Source: an uncultured Bacteroidales bacterium (GTDB lineage Bacteria > Bacteroidota > Bacteroidia > Bacteroidales > PUMT01). From it: a DNA stretch of 64,000 bases. The stretch is taken from positions 6,196-70,195 of the forward strand of contig CAZFOO010000009.1 of assembly GCA_964520585.1 (NCBI GenBank), read 5' to 3'. The position numbers and the translations under genes are program-made. Each line of letters begins with the position of its first letter. Position 1 is the first letter of the stretch. This document shows, one piece after another, positions 36,808 to 49,379 of the stretch. A model generated the notes under the pieces. It did no database searches. It was not told the origin of the DNA and saw only the letters and a program-made list of their open reading frames with translations.

Positions 36808-37131
36808 ATGGGCAGAAAATACCATATTAAAAAAGGTGATACGGTTTATGTTGTATCAGGTGAATCAAGAGGGCAGCAGGGAAGAGTCCTTGATTTGCTT
36901 ACTAAAGAAGGAAAAGCTATTGTGGAAGGTGTTAATATGGTTTCGCGCCATACTAAACCCAACGCGCAACATACACAAGGAGGAATTATTAAAAAAGAGG
37001 CTCCTATCGATGTCTCCAACCTTATGCTTGTTGATCCGTCTACCGGCAAACCAACAAGGGTTGGAAGAAAATTAGATGAAAAAAATAAATTGGTACGTTA
37101 TTCAAAAAAAACAGGGGAGGAAATTAAGTAA
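36808..37131 (+). CDS. rplX: 50S ribosomal protein L24
   Basis: The ATG at 36808 ([18 protein letters not shown]) is preferred over the TTG at 36799. KOW motif present. Confidence 0.92.
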   Translation: MGRKYHIKKGDTVYVVSGESRGQQGRVLDLLTKEGKAIVEGVNMVSRHTKPNAQHTQGGIIKKEAPIDVSNLMLVDPSTGKPTRVGRKLDEKNKLVRYSKKTGEEIK

Positions 37132-37688
37132 TGGATTATACGCCTTCACTTAAGAAAAAATACCTCGAAGAGGTTATACCTGCACTAACGAAAGAGTTCA
37201 AATATAAGAGTGTGATGCAGGTTCCAAGATTGCAAAAGATTGTAATTAATCAGGGTGTCGGTCAGGCTGTGGCGGACAAGAAACTGATTGAGATTGCACA
37301 GTCTGAGCTTACGGCTATTGCCGGGCAAAAAGCTGTTCAGACAGTTTCAAGGAAAGATATATCAAACTTCAAGCTCAGGCGTGATATGCCTATTGGAGTG
37401 CGTGTTACACTGCGCAGGGAACGCATGTATGAATTTTTGGAAAGGCTTATCTCTGCTTCGTTGCCCAGGATTAGGGACTTTCGTGGTGTCAGTAATAAAT
37501 TTGACGGACGTGGTAACTATACTCTTGGTATTTCGGAACAGATTATATTTCCGGAGATAGATATAGACAAGATCAATAAGATACTGGGGATGGAAATAAC
37601 GTTTGTTACCACTGCTCCTACTGATGAGGAAGGACTGGCCCTGCTTCGCGAGTTTGGAATTCCATTTAAGAACGCAAAAAAGAATTAA
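37131..37688 (+). CDS. rplE: 50S ribosomal protein L5
   Basis: 185 aa with [19 protein letters not shown]. Its ATG overlaps the rplX stop. Confidence 0.97.
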   Translation: MDYTPSLKKKYLEEVIPALTKEFKYKSVMQVPRLQKIVINQGVGQAVADKKLIEIAQSELTAIAGQKAVQTVSRKDISNFKLRRDMPIGVRVTLRRERMYEFLERLISASLPRIRDFRGVSNKFDGRGNYTLGISEQIIFPEIDIDKINKILGMEITFVTTAPTDEEGLALLREFGIPFKNAKKN

Positions 37689-37690
37689 AT

Positions 37691-37960
37691 ATGGCAAAAG
37701 AGTCAATGAAAGCACGCGAAAGGCGTCGTCAAAAACTGGTTGACCGTTACGCTGAAAAACGGGCGAAACTAAAAGAGGATGGTGATTATATAGGTTTGAG
37801 CCGGTTGCCACGTAACAGTAATCCAATAAGGCTGCATAACAGATGTAACCTTACCGGAAGGCCAAAGGGATATATCCGGCAATTTGGAGTGAGCAGGATC
37901 ACTTTCAGGGAAATGGCTTCCAAGGGACTTATTCCCGGATTGAAGAAAGCAAGTTGGTAG
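37691..37960 (+). CDS. rpsN: 30S ribosomal protein S14
   Basis: 89 aa with [24 protein letters not shown]. Confidence 0.95.
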   Translation: MAKESMKARERRRQKLVDRYAEKRAKLKEDGDYIGLSRLPRNSNPIRLHNRCNLTGRPKGYIRQFGVSRITFREMASKGLIPGLKKASW

Positions 37961-37983
37961 TTAATATTTAAAATACAATAAAG

Positions 37984-38379
37984 ATGACAGATCCAATAGC
38001 AGATTATCTTACACGGCTGAGAAACGCCATGATGGCGAAGCATAAGATTGTCGAGATACCTGCTTCCAATGTAAAAAAAGACATGACTAAAATTCTTTAC
38101 GAGAAAGGTTATGTTCTGAACTATAAATTTGAAGATGATGGAGTTCAGGGGCTGATAAAAATTGCTCTGAAATATCATCCTGAAACAAAGCAGCCGGCTA
38201 TTAAATCATTGCGCCGGGTAAGCCGGCCCGGGCTGCGCCAGTATAAGGGAAAAGATGAATTGCCCCGTGTGCTAAACGGGCTGGGGATAGCTATTCTGTC
38301 TACATCACAGGGTGTTATGTCAGACAAGGAAGCCCGGAAAATGAATATTGGCGGCGAAGTATTATGTTACGTATATTAA
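37984..38379 (+). CDS. rpsH: 30S ribosomal protein S8
   Basis: [15 protein letters not shown]...GGEVLCYVY. Confidence 0.96.
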   Translation: MTDPIADYLTRLRNAMMAKHKIVEIPASNVKKDMTKILYEKGYVLNYKFEDDGVQGLIKIALKYHPETKQPAIKSLRRVSRPGLRQYKGKDELPRVLNGLGIAILSTSQGVMSDKEARKMNIGGEVLCYVY

Positions 38380-38395
38380 TTGGAGGAATTAAGCA

Positions 38396-38950
38396 ATGTC
38401 AAGAATAGGATATTTACCCGTAGAATTGCCTGAAAAAGTTAATGTTACCGTTAATAAGGACAATCTGGTGAGTGTTAAAGGCCCTCTCGGGGAGCTTTTT
38501 CAGAAGATTGATCCGCGTATTGGCGTTAAGATTGAAGATAATCAGGTCACACTGACACGGAATTCGGACGATAATCAGAACAAGGCTTTACATGGCTTAT
38601 ACCGTTCACTTATAAATAATATGGTTAATGGTGTTTCAAATGGTTATGAGATAAAGCAGGAGCTTGTTGGTGTTGGATACAGGGCCGAAGCAAAAGGGCA
38701 AATACTAGAACTTAGTCTGGGATATTCACATGACATACATTTTGCTATCCCACCCGAGGTTAAAGTTGAAGCCGTAACTGAAAGACGCCGTAATCCGGTT
38801 ATCACGCTGAAAAGTATAGACAAGCAACTTATAGGGCAGGTGGCAGCCAAGATCAGGTCATTCCGCAAACCCGAGCCATACAAGGGCAAGGGCGTAAAAT
38901 TCGTGGGTGAACAGCTAAGGAAGAAGGCCGGTAAATCTGCAAGTGTATAA
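38396..38950 (+). CDS. rplF: 50S ribosomal protein L6
   Basis: MSRIGYLPVELPEKV...PEPYKGKGVKF. Confidence 0.96.
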   Translation: MSRIGYLPVELPEKVNVTVNKDNLVSVKGPLGELFQKIDPRIGVKIEDNQVTLTRNSDDNQNKALHGLYRSLINNMVNGVSNGYEIKQELVGVGYRAEAKGQILELSLGYSHDIHFAIPPEVKVEAVTERRRNPVITLKSIDKQLIGQVAAKIRSFRKPEPYKGKGVKFVGEQLRKKAGKSASV

Positions 38951-38975
38951 TAAAATTCAAAATCGGTAATTAATC

Positions 38976-39335
38976 ATGGCTTTAACTAAGCTTAAAAGAA
39001 GAAAGCGGATCAAAATGAGGATTCGCAGAAATATTTCCGGAACGGAAGAACGTCCGAGAATGACGGTTTTTCGCAGTAACCGGGAAATGTATGTTCAACT
39101 AATCGACGATCTTAACGGGAAAACACTTATTGCCGCGTCTTCTTTGAAAAAAGACGAAGATAAGGCGGGCCGGGCGAACAAGACCGAGCGGGCAAAGCAG
39201 GTTGGAAAACTGATCGCAGAAAAATCGCTGGAAAAAGGTATTTCCAATGTAGTATTTGACAGAAATGGGTATTTATATCATGGCAGGGTTAAGGCATTGG
39301 CCGATGCTGCCAGGGAAGGAGGATTAAAATTTTAG
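38976..39335 (+). CDS. rplR: 50S ribosomal protein L18
   Basis: 119 aa with [20 protein letters not shown]...[26 protein letters not shown]. Confidence 0.94.
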   Translation: MALTKLKRRKRIKMRIRRNISGTEERPRMTVFRSNREMYVQLIDDLNGKTLIAASSLKKDEDKAGRANKTERAKQVGKLIAEKSLEKGISNVVFDRNGYLYHGRVKALADAAREGGLKF

Positions 39336-39338
39336 GAT

Positions 39339-39854
39339 ATGTCAACAACAATCAGAAAAGTAAAAACCAGTGATCTGGAACTGAAAGACCGCGTTGTCAG
39401 CATTCAGCGTGTAACCAAAGTCACCAAAGGAGGAAGAACATTTAGTTTTTCAGCTATTGTGGTGGTTGGTAATGAGGATGGAATTGTCGGCTACGGGCTG
39501 GGTAAGGCCAATGAAGTAACTACTGCTATATCCAAAGGCGTTGAAGATGCAAAAAAGAACCTGGTAAGGGTACCTGTACATAAAGGAACCATACCCCATG
39601 AACAATATGCCAAATACGGTGGCGCCCGGGTTTTTCTGAAGCCGGCCTCACATGGTACCGGTGTTGTGGCAGGAGGTGCCATGCGTGCTGTTTTGGAAAG
39701 TGTCGGCATAACCGATGTTCTTGCAAAATCAAAGGGCTCCTCAAATCCGCATAACCTTGTCAAAGCTACCTTTGATGCTCTTATGGAGCTCCGCGATGCG
39801 CATACTGTCTCGGAACTCAGAGGCATTCCTCTCGATAAAGTTTTTAACGGTTAG
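39339..39854 (+). CDS. rpsE: 30S ribosomal protein S5
   Basis: 171 aa with [24 protein letters not shown]. Confidence 0.96.
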   Translation: MSTTIRKVKTSDLELKDRVVSIQRVTKVTKGGRTFSFSAIVVVGNEDGIVGYGLGKANEVTTAISKGVEDAKKNLVRVPVHKGTIPHEQYAKYGGARVFLKPASHGTGVVAGGAMRAVLESVGITDVLAKSKGSSNPHNLVKATFDALMELRDAHTVSELRGIPLDKVFNG

Positions 39855-39869
39855 AAATAATTTACAGTA

Positions 39870-40052
39870 ATGGCAAAGATTCGATATACACAGATAAAGA
39901 GTAAGATTGGTAGTTCCCAACGTCAAAAAAAGACTTTGGAGGCTTTGGGACTGAAAAGGATAAGCAGCAGCGTTGAGACTGAAGCTACTCCCCAGATTTT
40001 GGGAATGCTTGAGAAAGTCCGCCATTTGCTTAAGATTGAAGAGGTTAAATAA
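39870..40052 (+). CDS. rpmD: 50S ribosomal protein L30
   Basis: 60 aa with IRYTQIKSKIGSSQRQKKTLEALGL. Confidence 0.9.
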   Translation: MAKIRYTQIKSKIGSSQRQKKTLEALGLKRISSSVETEATPQILGMLEKVRHLLKIEEVK

Positions 40053-40071
40053 TTTTAATATAAGTAAAGTT

Positions 40072-40518
40072 ATGGATTTGAGTAATTTAAAACCTGCAAA
40101 AGGCTCGGTTAAACGTGATAAAAGGCTAGGAAGGGGAGAAGGATCCGGCCGCGGGGGAACGGCAACGAAAGGTCATAAAGGTCAGAAATCACGCTCAGGA
40201 TATAAAAGAAAAATTGGTTTTGAGGGAGGGCAGATGCCTTTGCAAAGAAGAGTGCCAAAGTTTGGTTTCAGGAATATAAACCGCAAATCCTATAAGGGTG
40301 TTAATCTTGGGATACTGCAGGAGCTTGCGGAGAAGGGCAATATAACAACAGTTGATTTACAGACTCTTGTCAACGCCGGTTATGCTTCAAGAAATGACCT
40401 TATTAAAATACTCGGAGGTGGTAAGCTTGAGGTTAAGTTAGAAGTACAAGCCCATGCATTTTCAGAATCGGCCCGGGAAGCAATAGAAAAATCAGGTGGC
40501 ACGGCAGTAAAAATTTAA
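40072..40518 (+). CDS. rplO: 50S ribosomal protein L15
   Basis: The internal ATG at 40072 gives MDLSNLKPAKGS...GRGGTATKGHKGQ. The track ORF from 39973 overlaps rpmD. Confidence 0.94.
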   Translation: MDLSNLKPAKGSVKRDKRLGRGEGSGRGGTATKGHKGQKSRSGYKRKIGFEGGQMPLQRRVPKFGFRNINRKSYKGVNLGILQELAEKGNITTVDLQTLVNAGYASRNDLIKILGGGKLEVKLEVQAHAFSESAREAIEKSGGTAVKI

Positions 40519-40525
40519 TTTCAAC

Positions 40526-41866
40526 ATGAAGGCTTTCATTGAAACCATAAAAAACATTTTCAAGATCGAGGATTTACGTTCCAGGATATTGTATACATTG
40601 GGCATTCTGATGATTTACAGGCTTGGATCTTTTGTCACCCTGCCGGGTATCGATCCCTCCCAGCTTTCTGCATTGCAGCAACAGACTGCCGATGGAATTC
40701 TCGGATTGCTGGATATGTTCTCGGGGGGTGCATTTTCGCAGGCATCAATATTTGCCCTTGGCATAATGCCATATATATCGGCTTCAATTGTTGTCCAGCT
40801 TCTTGGTATTGCCATACCCTATTTTCAGAAATTACAGCGTGAAGGTGAAAGCGGAAGGAGAAAGATAAATCAAATTACAAGGTATCTTACAGTAATAATT
40901 TTGATCTTCCAGGGACCGGCTTATCTCAGAAATCTACAGGTCCAGTTACCGCCTGAGGCATTTGTACTTTCAGGACCGTTTTTTTGGATATCATCGGTCA
41001 TCATATTGATTTCCGGTACCATGTTTGTTATGTGGCTGGGTGAACGCATTACCGACAAGGGTATTGGTAATGGTATTTCGCTTATTATTATGGTAGGTAT
41101 AATAGCACAACTTCCCTTTGCCTTATTTGCAGAATTTTTCTCAAAACTTGAACAACAGGCAGGCGGCGGACTTATTATGTTCATTGTGGAAATGGTTATA
41201 CTGTTTTTTATATTCATGGGGGTTATTCTTCTGGTACAGGGTACCAGGCGTATACCCGTGCAGTATGCCAAACGTATTGTCGGGAATAAGCAATATGGAG
41301 GTGTGAGGCAGTATATACCGCTCAAGGTTAATTCAGCCGGTGTTATGCCTATTATTTTTGCCCAGGCCTTGATGTTTATACCGCTTACACTATCAAGTTT
41401 TGCCCCCACGGAAACAATGACGGGGTTTGCTGCGGCTTTTAGCGATTTTACCGGATTCTGGTATAATTTTACTTTTGCCGTACTTATAATTTTATTTACA
41501 TACTTTTATACTGCGGTAACTATAAATCCCGGACAGATGGCAGAAGATATGAAACGAAACGGGGGTTTTATTCCGGGAGTTAAACCCGGAAAGAAGACTG
41601 TTGAGTTTCTTGATACCATAATGTCAAGAATTACCCTGCCGGGATCAATTTTCCTTGCAGCCGTTGCTATACTTCCGGCCTTTGCTATGCTGGCAGGTGT
41701 GAATGCACAATTTGCTCAGTTTTACGGTGGGACTTCTTTGCTTATTATGGTCGGAGTTGTGTTGGATACATTACAGCAAATTGAAAGTCATCTGCTGATG
41801 AGGCATTATGACGGACTGATGAAGTCGGGAAGAATTAAAGGAAGGAGTGGCGGAGGTGTTATGTGA
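40526..41866 (+). CDS. secY: preprotein translocase subunit SecY
   Basis: 446 aa with 10 TM segments. Contains FALGIMPYISASIVVQLL and GISLIIMVGI. Confidence 0.97.
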   Translation: MKAFIETIKNIFKIEDLRSRILYTLGILMIYRLGSFVTLPGIDPSQLSALQQQTADGILGLLDMFSGGAFSQASIFALGIMPYISASIVVQLLGIAIPYFQKLQREGESGRRKINQITRYLTVIILIFQGPAYLRNLQVQLPPEAFVLSGPFFWISSVIILISGTMFVMWLGERITDKGIGNGISLIIMVGIIAQLPFALFAEFFSKLEQQAGGGLIMFIVEMVILFFIFMGVILLVQGTRRIPVQYAKRIVGNKQYGGVRQYIPLKVNSAGVMPIIFAQALMFIPLTLSSFAPTETMTGFAAAFSDFTGFWYNFTFAVLIILFTYFYTAVTINPGQMAEDMKRNGGFIPGVKPGKKTVEFLDTIMSRITLPGSIFLAAVAILPAFAMLAGVNAQFAQFYGGTSLLIMVGVVLDTLQQIESHLLMRHYDGLMKSGRIKGRSGGGVM

Positions 41867-41886
41867 TCTTAAAATCCAGTTCTTTG

Positions 41887-42696
41887 ATGTTAAATGAAAA
41901 AACAGGAGAAGCTATTGAAATACTGAGGGAATGCAACCTGCTTGTGTCAAAGGTTCTTGCGGAGATTGCCAGGATCATTGAACCCGGCATAACCACACTT
42001 GCACTCGACCGTGTCGCAGAGGAATTTATTCGTGATCATGGAGCAGTTCCCGGTTTCAAGGGATATAGCGGGTTTCCCAATACATTGTGTACTTCTGTTA
42101 ATTCACAGGTAGTTCATGGGATACCTTCAGCCTATGTGTTAAAAGAAGGAGATATTATTTCCGTAGACTGTGGAGTTAAAATGAAGGGATATTTTGGAGA
42201 TACTGCCTATACTTATGCGGTTGGTGAAATTCCGGCAGAAGTGGCCGAATTGCTAAGAATTACGCACGATTCATTATATAAAGGCATAGGACAGGCCGTT
42301 ACCGGTAAAAGAGTTGGTGACATTGGAAATGCGATTCAGGAATATGCCGAAAGTTATGGTTTTTCTGTTGTGAGGGAGATGGTCGGACATGGTCTTGGTC
42401 AAAATCTGCATGAAAAACCTGAAGTACCTAATTACGGAAGGCGGGGAAGGGGTACTTTATTAAAGCGCGGAATGGTTCTTTGTCTAGAACCTATGATTAA
42501 TCTGGGAGGCAAGACCATTATACAGGAGGATGACGGCTGGACTATCAGAACGCGCGATAATAAGCCTTCAGCACATTATGAACTGGCAGTTGTTGTTGAT
42601 AACGAAAAAGCCGACATATTGTCAACATTTAAATATATTGAGGAAGAACTAATTTTAAAAAACAACGGATTACCATGGCAAAACAAAAAGCCATAG
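41887..42696 (+). CDS. map: type I methionine aminopeptidase
   Basis: Metal-ligand motifs are [27 protein letters not shown] and CLEPM. The ATG at 41887 is preferred; the GTG at 41863 is possible. Confidence 0.9.
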   Translation: MLNEKTGEAIEILRECNLLVSKVLAEIARIIEPGITTLALDRVAEEFIRDHGAVPGFKGYSGFPNTLCTSVNSQVVHGIPSAYVLKEGDIISVDCGVKMKGYFGDTAYTYAVGEIPAEVAELLRITHDSLYKGIGQAVTGKRVGDIGNAIQEYAESYGFSVVREMVGHGLGQNLHEKPEVPNYGRRGRGTLLKRGMVLCLEPMINLGGKTIIQEDDGWTIRTRDNKPSAHYELAVVVDNEKADILSTFKYIEEELILKNNGLPWQNKKP

Positions 42697-42893
42697 AGCA
42701 GGACGGTACAATTATAGAATCCTTATCCAATGCGATGTTTAAGGTGGAACTGGAAAACGGGCATATAATTATTGCTCATATTTCAGGTAAAATGCGGATG
42801 CATTATATTAAAATACTTCCCGGAGATAAGGTTAAGGTTGAGATGTCTCCATACGATCTTACCAAGGGCAGAATATGTTACAGGTATAAATAA
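42675..42893 (+). CDS. infA: translation initiation factor IF-1
   Basis: [30 protein letters not shown]...; 72 aa. It overlaps the map 3' end by 22 nt. Confidence 0.96.
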   Translation: MAKQKAIEQDGTIIESLSNAMFKVELENGHIIIAHISGKMRMHYIKILPGDKVKVEMSPYDLTKGRICYRYK

Positions 42894-42909
42894 TTAAAAA
42901 TATATTGAT

Positions 42910-43026
42910 ATGAAGGTCAGAGCATCCATAAAAAAAAGAAGCGCAGATTGCAAAATCGTTCGCAGAAAAGGACGTTTATATGTTATAAACAAAAAAAATC
43001 CCAAATTTAAGCAAAGACAAGGGTGA
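42910..43026 (+). CDS. rpmJ: 50S ribosomal protein L36
   Basis: Not in the ORF track because it is under 60 aa. Hand translation gives [38 protein letters not shown]. It sits at the conserved position between infA and rpsM. Confidence 0.9.
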   Translation: MKVRASIKKRSADCKIVRRKGRLYVINKKNPKFKQRQG

Positions 43027-43061
43027 TTATATCTAAGTTTGTAAATTATTAAAAATAAATT

Positions 43062-43439
43062 ATGGCAAGAATTGTTGGTGTAGATTTACCAAAAAATAAA
43101 ATAGGTGAAGTTGGACTGACCTATATTTTCGGAATAGGCCGGAGCACTGCCGTTCAGATTCTGGATGAAGCCGGGGTTGATCGTACCGTTAAGGTAAAGG
43201 ACTGGGATGATGATCAGTTATCTAAAATCCGTAATATCATAAATGAAAAGATTAAAGTAGAGGGTGAGTTGCGGTCAAGTATTCAGATGAACATCAAAAG
43301 GCTTATGGATATCGGTTGTTACCGTGGCATACGTCACCGTATAGGATTACCGGTACGTGGACAAAGTACCAAGAATAATGCAAGAACCCGTAAAGGCAGA
43401 AAGAAAACTGTTGCTAACAAGAAAATGGCAACCAAATAA
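43062..43439 (+). CDS. rpsM: 30S ribosomal protein S13
   Basis: [13 protein letters not shown]...[17 protein letters not shown]. Confidence 0.96.
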   Translation: MARIVGVDLPKNKIGEVGLTYIFGIGRSTAVQILDEAGVDRTVKVKDWDDDQLSKIRNIINEKIKVEGELRSSIQMNIKRLMDIGCYRGIRHRIGLPVRGQSTKNNARTRKGRKKTVANKKMATK

Positions 43440-43448
43440 TCGGTAAAT

Positions 43449-43838
43449 ATGGCGAAGAAAGTAGGAACATCAAAAAAGAGAGTAGTAAAAGTTGAACCTG
43501 TTGGTCAGGCGCATATTCATGCATCATTTAACAATATTATTGTTACATTGACAAACAATAACGGACAGGTTATTTCATGGTCGTCAGCCGGTAAAAACGG
43601 ATTCAGGGGATCGAAGAAGAACACTCCTTATGCAGCACAGGTATCCGCAGGAGATTGTGCAAAAAAGGCTTATGATCTTGGCCTGCGTAAAGTCAAGGCA
43701 TATGTAAAAGGACCCGGTTCCGGCAGGGAATCCGCTATCAGGACCATTCATACTTCGGGTATTGAGGTAACCGAAATAGTTGATGTGACCCCTTTACCAC
43801 ATAACGGTTGCCGTCCTCCCAAGCGCAGGCGTGTTTAA
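43449..43838 (+). CDS. rpsK: 30S ribosomal protein S11
   Basis: 129 aa with [14 protein letters not shown]...[13 protein letters not shown]. Confidence 0.97.
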   Translation: MAKKVGTSKKRVVKVEPVGQAHIHASFNNIIVTLTNNNGQVISWSSAGKNGFRGSKKNTPYAAQVSAGDCAKKAYDLGLRKVKAYVKGPGSGRESAIRTIHTSGIEVTEIVDVTPLPHNGCRPPKRRRV

Positions 43839-43878
43839 TCAGTTGATCAGTCAGTAAAACTATAACCAATTCATAGAA

Positions 43879-44487
43879 ATGGCAAGATATACAGGACCAA
43901 GAACAAAAATATCCAGAAAATTCGGTGAACCGTTATTCGGTGCTGATAAAGTTTTAGAGAAGAAGAATTATCCTCCGGGAATGCATGGTAACATGCGAAG
44001 AAGAAAGAAAACCTCCGAATACGGGGTGCAGCTGTTGGAAAAGCAAAAGGCCAAATATACATATGGCGTGCTTGAACGTCAGTTCCTTAATCTGTTCAAA
44101 AGAGCTTCCCGTTCAAAGGGTATTACGGGTGAAGCCTTACTACAGTTACTCGAATCACGGCTGGATAATGTAGTATACCGGCTGGGAATTGCACCTACAC
44201 GTGCTGGTGCCCGCCAGCTTGTTTCACACAGGCATATTGTTGTAAATGGAAAAGTTGTGAACATTCCTTCTTATATTGTAAAAGCCGGTGATTATATCAG
44301 TGTACGGGAAAAGTCCAAATCGCTGGAGGTAATAACCGAATCGCTCATAGTATCAAAGCGAAATGCCTACTCCTGGCTTGAATGGGATTCTGAAAAAATG
44401 ACCGGAAGGTTTTTGAATATGCCTGAAAGAGAAGAGATTCCGGAAAATATAAAGGAACAGTTGATTGTAGAATTGTATTCAAAATAA
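43879..44487 (+). CDS. rpsD: 30S ribosomal protein S4
   Basis: [16 protein letters not shown]...; S4 domain [10 protein letters not shown]. Confidence 0.96.
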   Translation: MARYTGPRTKISRKFGEPLFGADKVLEKKNYPPGMHGNMRRRKKTSEYGVQLLEKQKAKYTYGVLERQFLNLFKRASRSKGITGEALLQLLESRLDNVVYRLGIAPTRAGARQLVSHRHIVVNGKVVNIPSYIVKAGDYISVREKSKSLEVITESLIVSKRNAYSWLEWDSEKMTGRFLNMPEREEIPENIKEQLIVELYSK

Positions 44488-44494
44488 AATTGTA

Positions 44495-45487
44495 ATGGCA
44501 ATATTATCATTTCAGAAACCAGAACAAGTAATCATGCTTGAAGCTACCGATACATATGGTAAATTCGAGTTCCGTCCCCTTGAACCGGGTTATGGTATTA
44601 CCGTGGGTAACTCACTCAGAAGGGTACTGCTATCATCCCTTGAAGGATATGCGATCACATCTGTAAAGATTACCGGTGTTGATCATGAATTTTCAACCAT
44701 TACCGGAATTATTGAAGACGTTACGGAGATAGTGCTTAATCTGAAACAGGTCCGCTTCAAGAAACAGATTGAAGATACCGAGGGTGAAAAAGTAACTGTA
44801 TCGATAAGCGGTCAGGAAGAGTTCAGGGCCGGAGACCTTTCAAAATATTTGAATGGGTTTGTGGTATTGAATCCTGATCATCTTATCTGCCGTTTGGAGC
44901 CGGACACGAAACTGCAAATGGAAATTAACATAGGCAAGGGACGTGGATATGTTCCATCCGAAGAAAATAAACCTTCCGAAACGGAATTCGGGCTTATTGC
45001 AATGGATTCGATTTTTACCCCGGTAAAGAATGTTAAATACCTTGTAGAGGATTACCGTGTGGAACAGAGAACGGATTATGAGAAACTGACATTTGAGATC
45101 TTTACCGACGGGTCTATTCATCCCAAGGATGCCCTGAAGGAATCCGCCAAGATACTTATCTATCATCTCATGCTTTTCTCTGATGAGAAGATCACCCTTG
45201 AGACCGATGAGAAATTTGCTAATGAAGAATTCGATGAGGAAATACTTCATATGAGGCAATTGCTTAAATCAAGGCTGGTGGACCTGGATCTGTCCGTTCG
45301 TGCATTAAATTGCCTCAAAGCCGCGGAAGTTGAAACACTGGGCGATTTGGTGAAGTTCAATAAAAACGATCTCCTTAAATTCCGGAATTTTGGAAAAAAA
45401 TCCTTAACCGAACTTGACGAACTACTTGATTCAATGAATTTAAACTTCGGGATGGATATATCAAAATATAAACTTGACAAGGACTAA
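44495..45487 (+). CDS. rpoA: DNA-directed RNA polymerase subunit alpha
   Basis: 330 aa with [17 protein letters not shown]. The C-terminal domain has [20 protein letters not shown]. Confidence 0.96.
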   Translation: MAILSFQKPEQVIMLEATDTYGKFEFRPLEPGYGITVGNSLRRVLLSSLEGYAITSVKITGVDHEFSTITGIIEDVTEIVLNLKQVRFKKQIEDTEGEKVTVSISGQEEFRAGDLSKYLNGFVVLNPDHLICRLEPDTKLQMEINIGKGRGYVPSEENKPSETEFGLIAMDSIFTPVKNVKYLVEDYRVEQRTDYEKLTFEIFTDGSIHPKDALKESAKILIYHLMLFSDEKITLETDEKFANEEFDEEILHMRQLLKSRLVDLDLSVRALNCLKAAEVETLGDLVKFNKNDLLKFRNFGKKSLTELDELLDSMNLNFGMDISKYKLDKD

Positions 45488-45492
45488 CAGAA

Positions 45493-46230
45493 ATGAGACA
45501 TAGAAAGAAATTTAATCATTTGGGGAGAACAAGCTCACACCGGAAAGCGATGCTGGCCAATATGGCATCTTCGCTGATTCTTCATAAACGTATAACCACT
45601 ACAGTGGCAAAAGCCAAATCATTAAGGGTTTATGTTGAGCCTTTAATAACAAAATCAAAGAATGACTCTACCCATTCAAGGAGAATGGTTTTTGGCTATC
45701 TTAAAAATAAATATGCTGTTTCTGAATTATTCAGGGACGTTGCGCAGAAAATTGCTGAAAGGCCGGGCGGATATACAAGAATACTCAAAACCGGTGCCAG
45801 ACTGGGGGATAATGCTGATATGTGTATAATAGAACTCGTTGATTATAATGAGAATATGCTTGCAGCAACCAAAGAGTCAAAACCTGCAGCAAAACGCAGT
45901 CGCCGGGGCCGTGGCAGGAAGTCCGGTTCAACTGCTGAAGCCCAAGCTTCCGCGGGAAAAGAAAAGTCTGTAGATAAGGAAACAGATCAGTCAGCTTTTG
46001 AAAGTTCACCAAAAAAGAAAGAACCTTCATCTGAGAAAGTAAGCAAGGCACCAGTTGAGGATAAGAAAGAAACTGTTTCAGATGTGAAGCAAGAAGAAGC
46101 TAAAGCGGATAAGAAAGAAAATGCGGCAGAGGAAAAGAAAGAAGAAACCAAAGCTGAGAAGAAAGAAGCTGCGGCAGAGGAAAAGAAAGCTGCTTCTTCA
46201 GAAGAGAATAAGGAAGACGCCAAAGAATAA
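45493..46230 (+). CDS. rplQ: 50S ribosomal protein L17 with long K/E/A-rich C-terminal tail
   Basis: The L17 core is [21 protein letters not shown]...GGYTRILK. About 125 low-complexity residues follow residue ~120. Confidence 0.93.
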   Translation: MRHRKKFNHLGRTSSHRKAMLANMASSLILHKRITTTVAKAKSLRVYVEPLITKSKNDSTHSRRMVFGYLKNKYAVSELFRDVAQKIAERPGGYTRILKTGARLGDNADMCIIELVDYNENMLAATKESKPAAKRSRRGRGRKSGSTAEAQASAGKEKSVDKETDQSAFESSPKKKEPSSEKVSKAPVEDKKETVSDVKQEEAKADKKENAAEEKKEETKAEKKEAAAEEKKAASSEENKEDAKE

Positions 46231-46389
46231 AATAAAGAATCTCTTGCTGGAAGAGAACAAAGTTATTCTGTGAAGGTAAGGGCGAAAATCTGTTACGTAA
46301 AGACTGAAAAGCCTTCTGCCAGGAGAAATGAGAAACGGATACTCCCGAAGCGGGATCCTGAAATAATAATTAAATTGTTTACTTTATAA

Positions 46390-47691
<1,302 letters not shown>

Positions 47692-47713
47692 ATTACTTGC
47701 CAGTGTAAAAAAG

Positions 47714-47747
47714 AAAAAAGGGGAATTATTCCCCTTTTTTCTTTTTT
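47714..47747 (+). terminator. intrinsic terminator after eno
   Basis: AAAAAAGGGGAA-TTA-TTCCCCTTTTTT hairpin followed by CTTTTTT. Confidence 0.7.
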
Positions 47748-47866
47748 ACATATTGAATTATCCAGTTTTTCCTTTATGATTATTTTCAGATATATTAAGA
47801 GTTTTATTTTTTGCATAATTAATGATTTTTATTAGCTTTATGACAAATATCATGTAAAATAATATT

Positions 47867-49171
47867 ATGGATCCCCTAAAAAATAAATTTGCTAAAATAG
47901 CCCTGCCCAGGGTAGAAGAGTTTAGAAAGCTTATAACTGAATATGCCGGTAAAGAGATTGATAATGTTACAATTGGCAGCGTACTTACCGGCATGAAAGG
48001 GACTGTCAGTCTTCTTACAGATACCTCGAAGCTTGATCCACTTGAAGGAATCAGATTTCGCGGGTATTCTATACCTGAGTTGCGGAAATTGCTCCCCAAG
48101 GAGAATCCTGAAGGCGAACCGTTGCCTGAAGGATTGTTTTACCTTATGCTTATTGGTGAATTACCATCCGATGAGGATGTGGCCCTATTAAGTAAAGAAT
48201 GGGCTAAAAGGGCTGATCCGCCTGATTATGTATTTAATGTTATTGATTCCATACCTGTCGATTCGAGGCCAATGGTCCAGTTTTCAGCGGCTATTCTTTC
48301 TATGGCTTCAGATTCAAAATTCCAGAATGCCTATATGAATGGATTAAGCAAGGTTGATTACTGGGATACGACCTATGAGGATGTTATGGATCTGATTGCA
48401 CGCCTTCCCCGTATTGCCGCTTATATTTATCGGCGTAAGTATCACAACAACAAGCATATAGAGCCGGACAAGAGTCTGGACTGGGCTGCGAACCTTTCAC
48501 ATATGATGGGATTTGACAATTACGAGGTAATGCGCCTCCTGCGTTTGTATATGTTTCTTCATGCTGACCATGAAGGAGGAAACGTTTCTGCCCACGCAAC
48601 TCATCTAGTAGGATCTGCTCTCAGTAATCCCTATTATTCTTTTTCTGCAGGGATGACCGGACTTGCAGGGCCGCTTCATGGTTTTGCTAACCAGGAGGTT
48701 ATACGCTGGATGTTTGGTATGATAGAAGATATTGGCCCGGCTTGTGAAGATAAGGAAAAGATTAGGCAATATGTTACCAAAATGGTGGAAGATGGGAAAG
48801 TTATTCCGGGATATGGACATGCCGTATTAAGGAAAACCGATCCCCGATTTACGGCACAGCTTGAATTCGGGAAAAAATATCTGCCCCGCGATCCATGGCT
48901 GATTACTATGAATTGTCTTTATGAGGTTGTCCCCGAGGTTCTTGGAAGTATCAGCAAGATCAAGAACCCCTGGCCAAATGTCGATGCAGGTTCTGGGGTT
49001 TTACTTCTTCATTATGGGATAAAAGAGTTTGAGTTTTACACCGTTCTTTTTGGAGTATCAAGAGCACTTGGTGTACTTGCACAGCTTTTATGGGACAGGG
49101 CTTACGGGTTACCCATCGAAAGGCCGACATCTCAACCGCTTGAATGGTTTAAGGAAAAGGCAGGAATGTGA
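47867..49171 (+). CDS. gltA: citrate synthase
   Basis: 434 aa with HADHEGGNVSAH and PGYGHAVLRKTDPR. Confidence 0.93.
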   Translation: MDPLKNKFAKIALPRVEEFRKLITEYAGKEIDNVTIGSVLTGMKGTVSLLTDTSKLDPLEGIRFRGYSIPELRKLLPKENPEGEPLPEGLFYLMLIGELPSDEDVALLSKEWAKRADPPDYVFNVIDSIPVDSRPMVQFSAAILSMASDSKFQNAYMNGLSKVDYWDTTYEDVMDLIARLPRIAAYIYRRKYHNNKHIEPDKSLDWAANLSHMMGFDNYEVMRLLRLYMFLHADHEGGNVSAHATHLVGSALSNPYYSFSAGMTGLAGPLHGFANQEVIRWMFGMIEDIGPACEDKEKIRQYVTKMVEDGKVIPGYGHAVLRKTDPRFTAQLEFGKKYLPRDPWLITMNCLYEVVPEVLGSISKIKNPWPNVDAGSGVLLLHYGIKEFEFYTVLFGVSRALGVLAQLLWDRAYGLPIERPTSQPLEWFKEKAGM

Positions 49172-49184
49172 TTTTCTCCCAGAT

Positions 49185-49213
49185 AAAAAACCGGTTTTTT
49201 AAACCGGTTTTTT
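49185..49213 (+). terminator. intrinsic terminator after gltA
   Basis: AAAAAACCGG (49185-49194) pairs with CCGGTTTTTT (49204-49213), leaving a T-run at the 3' end. Confidence 0.6.
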
Positions 49214-49379
49214 AATGACCGGTTGTGCTCTCTTATAAAGAAATAGTAATTTAGCGGTTTAAAATAATACTAGCATATCCTTACCGGTGATCCAATTCAG
49301 GTATTTTTCTATAGTAGTTACCTCGCTGGAGTTTCTGCCTAAATTTATTGCTTCCAGGCAAAAGCTTTATGTCAGGTTA

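Noticed and set aside
42675-42696. 22-nt overlap between map and infA, considered as a possible frameshift or fusion.
   Set aside because: Both frames give complete, conserved proteins: the Map metal ligands are all present, and IF-1 starts with the canonical [11 protein letters not shown]. This is a simple overlap caused by a short non-conserved Map tail.
28128-46230. Absence of tuf after fusA and of adk between secY and map, considered as a deletion or rearrangement.
   Set aside because: To my knowledge this is the normal Bacteroidota layout, with tuf located beside secE-nusG elsewhere. Gene order is otherwise canonical and the junctions are tight.
47758-48099. 113-aa minus-strand ORF spanning the eno terminator region and the 5' end of gltA.
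   Set aside because: It overlaps the well-supported citrate synthase start and the intergenic promoter and terminator region. It has no motif and an implausible composition.
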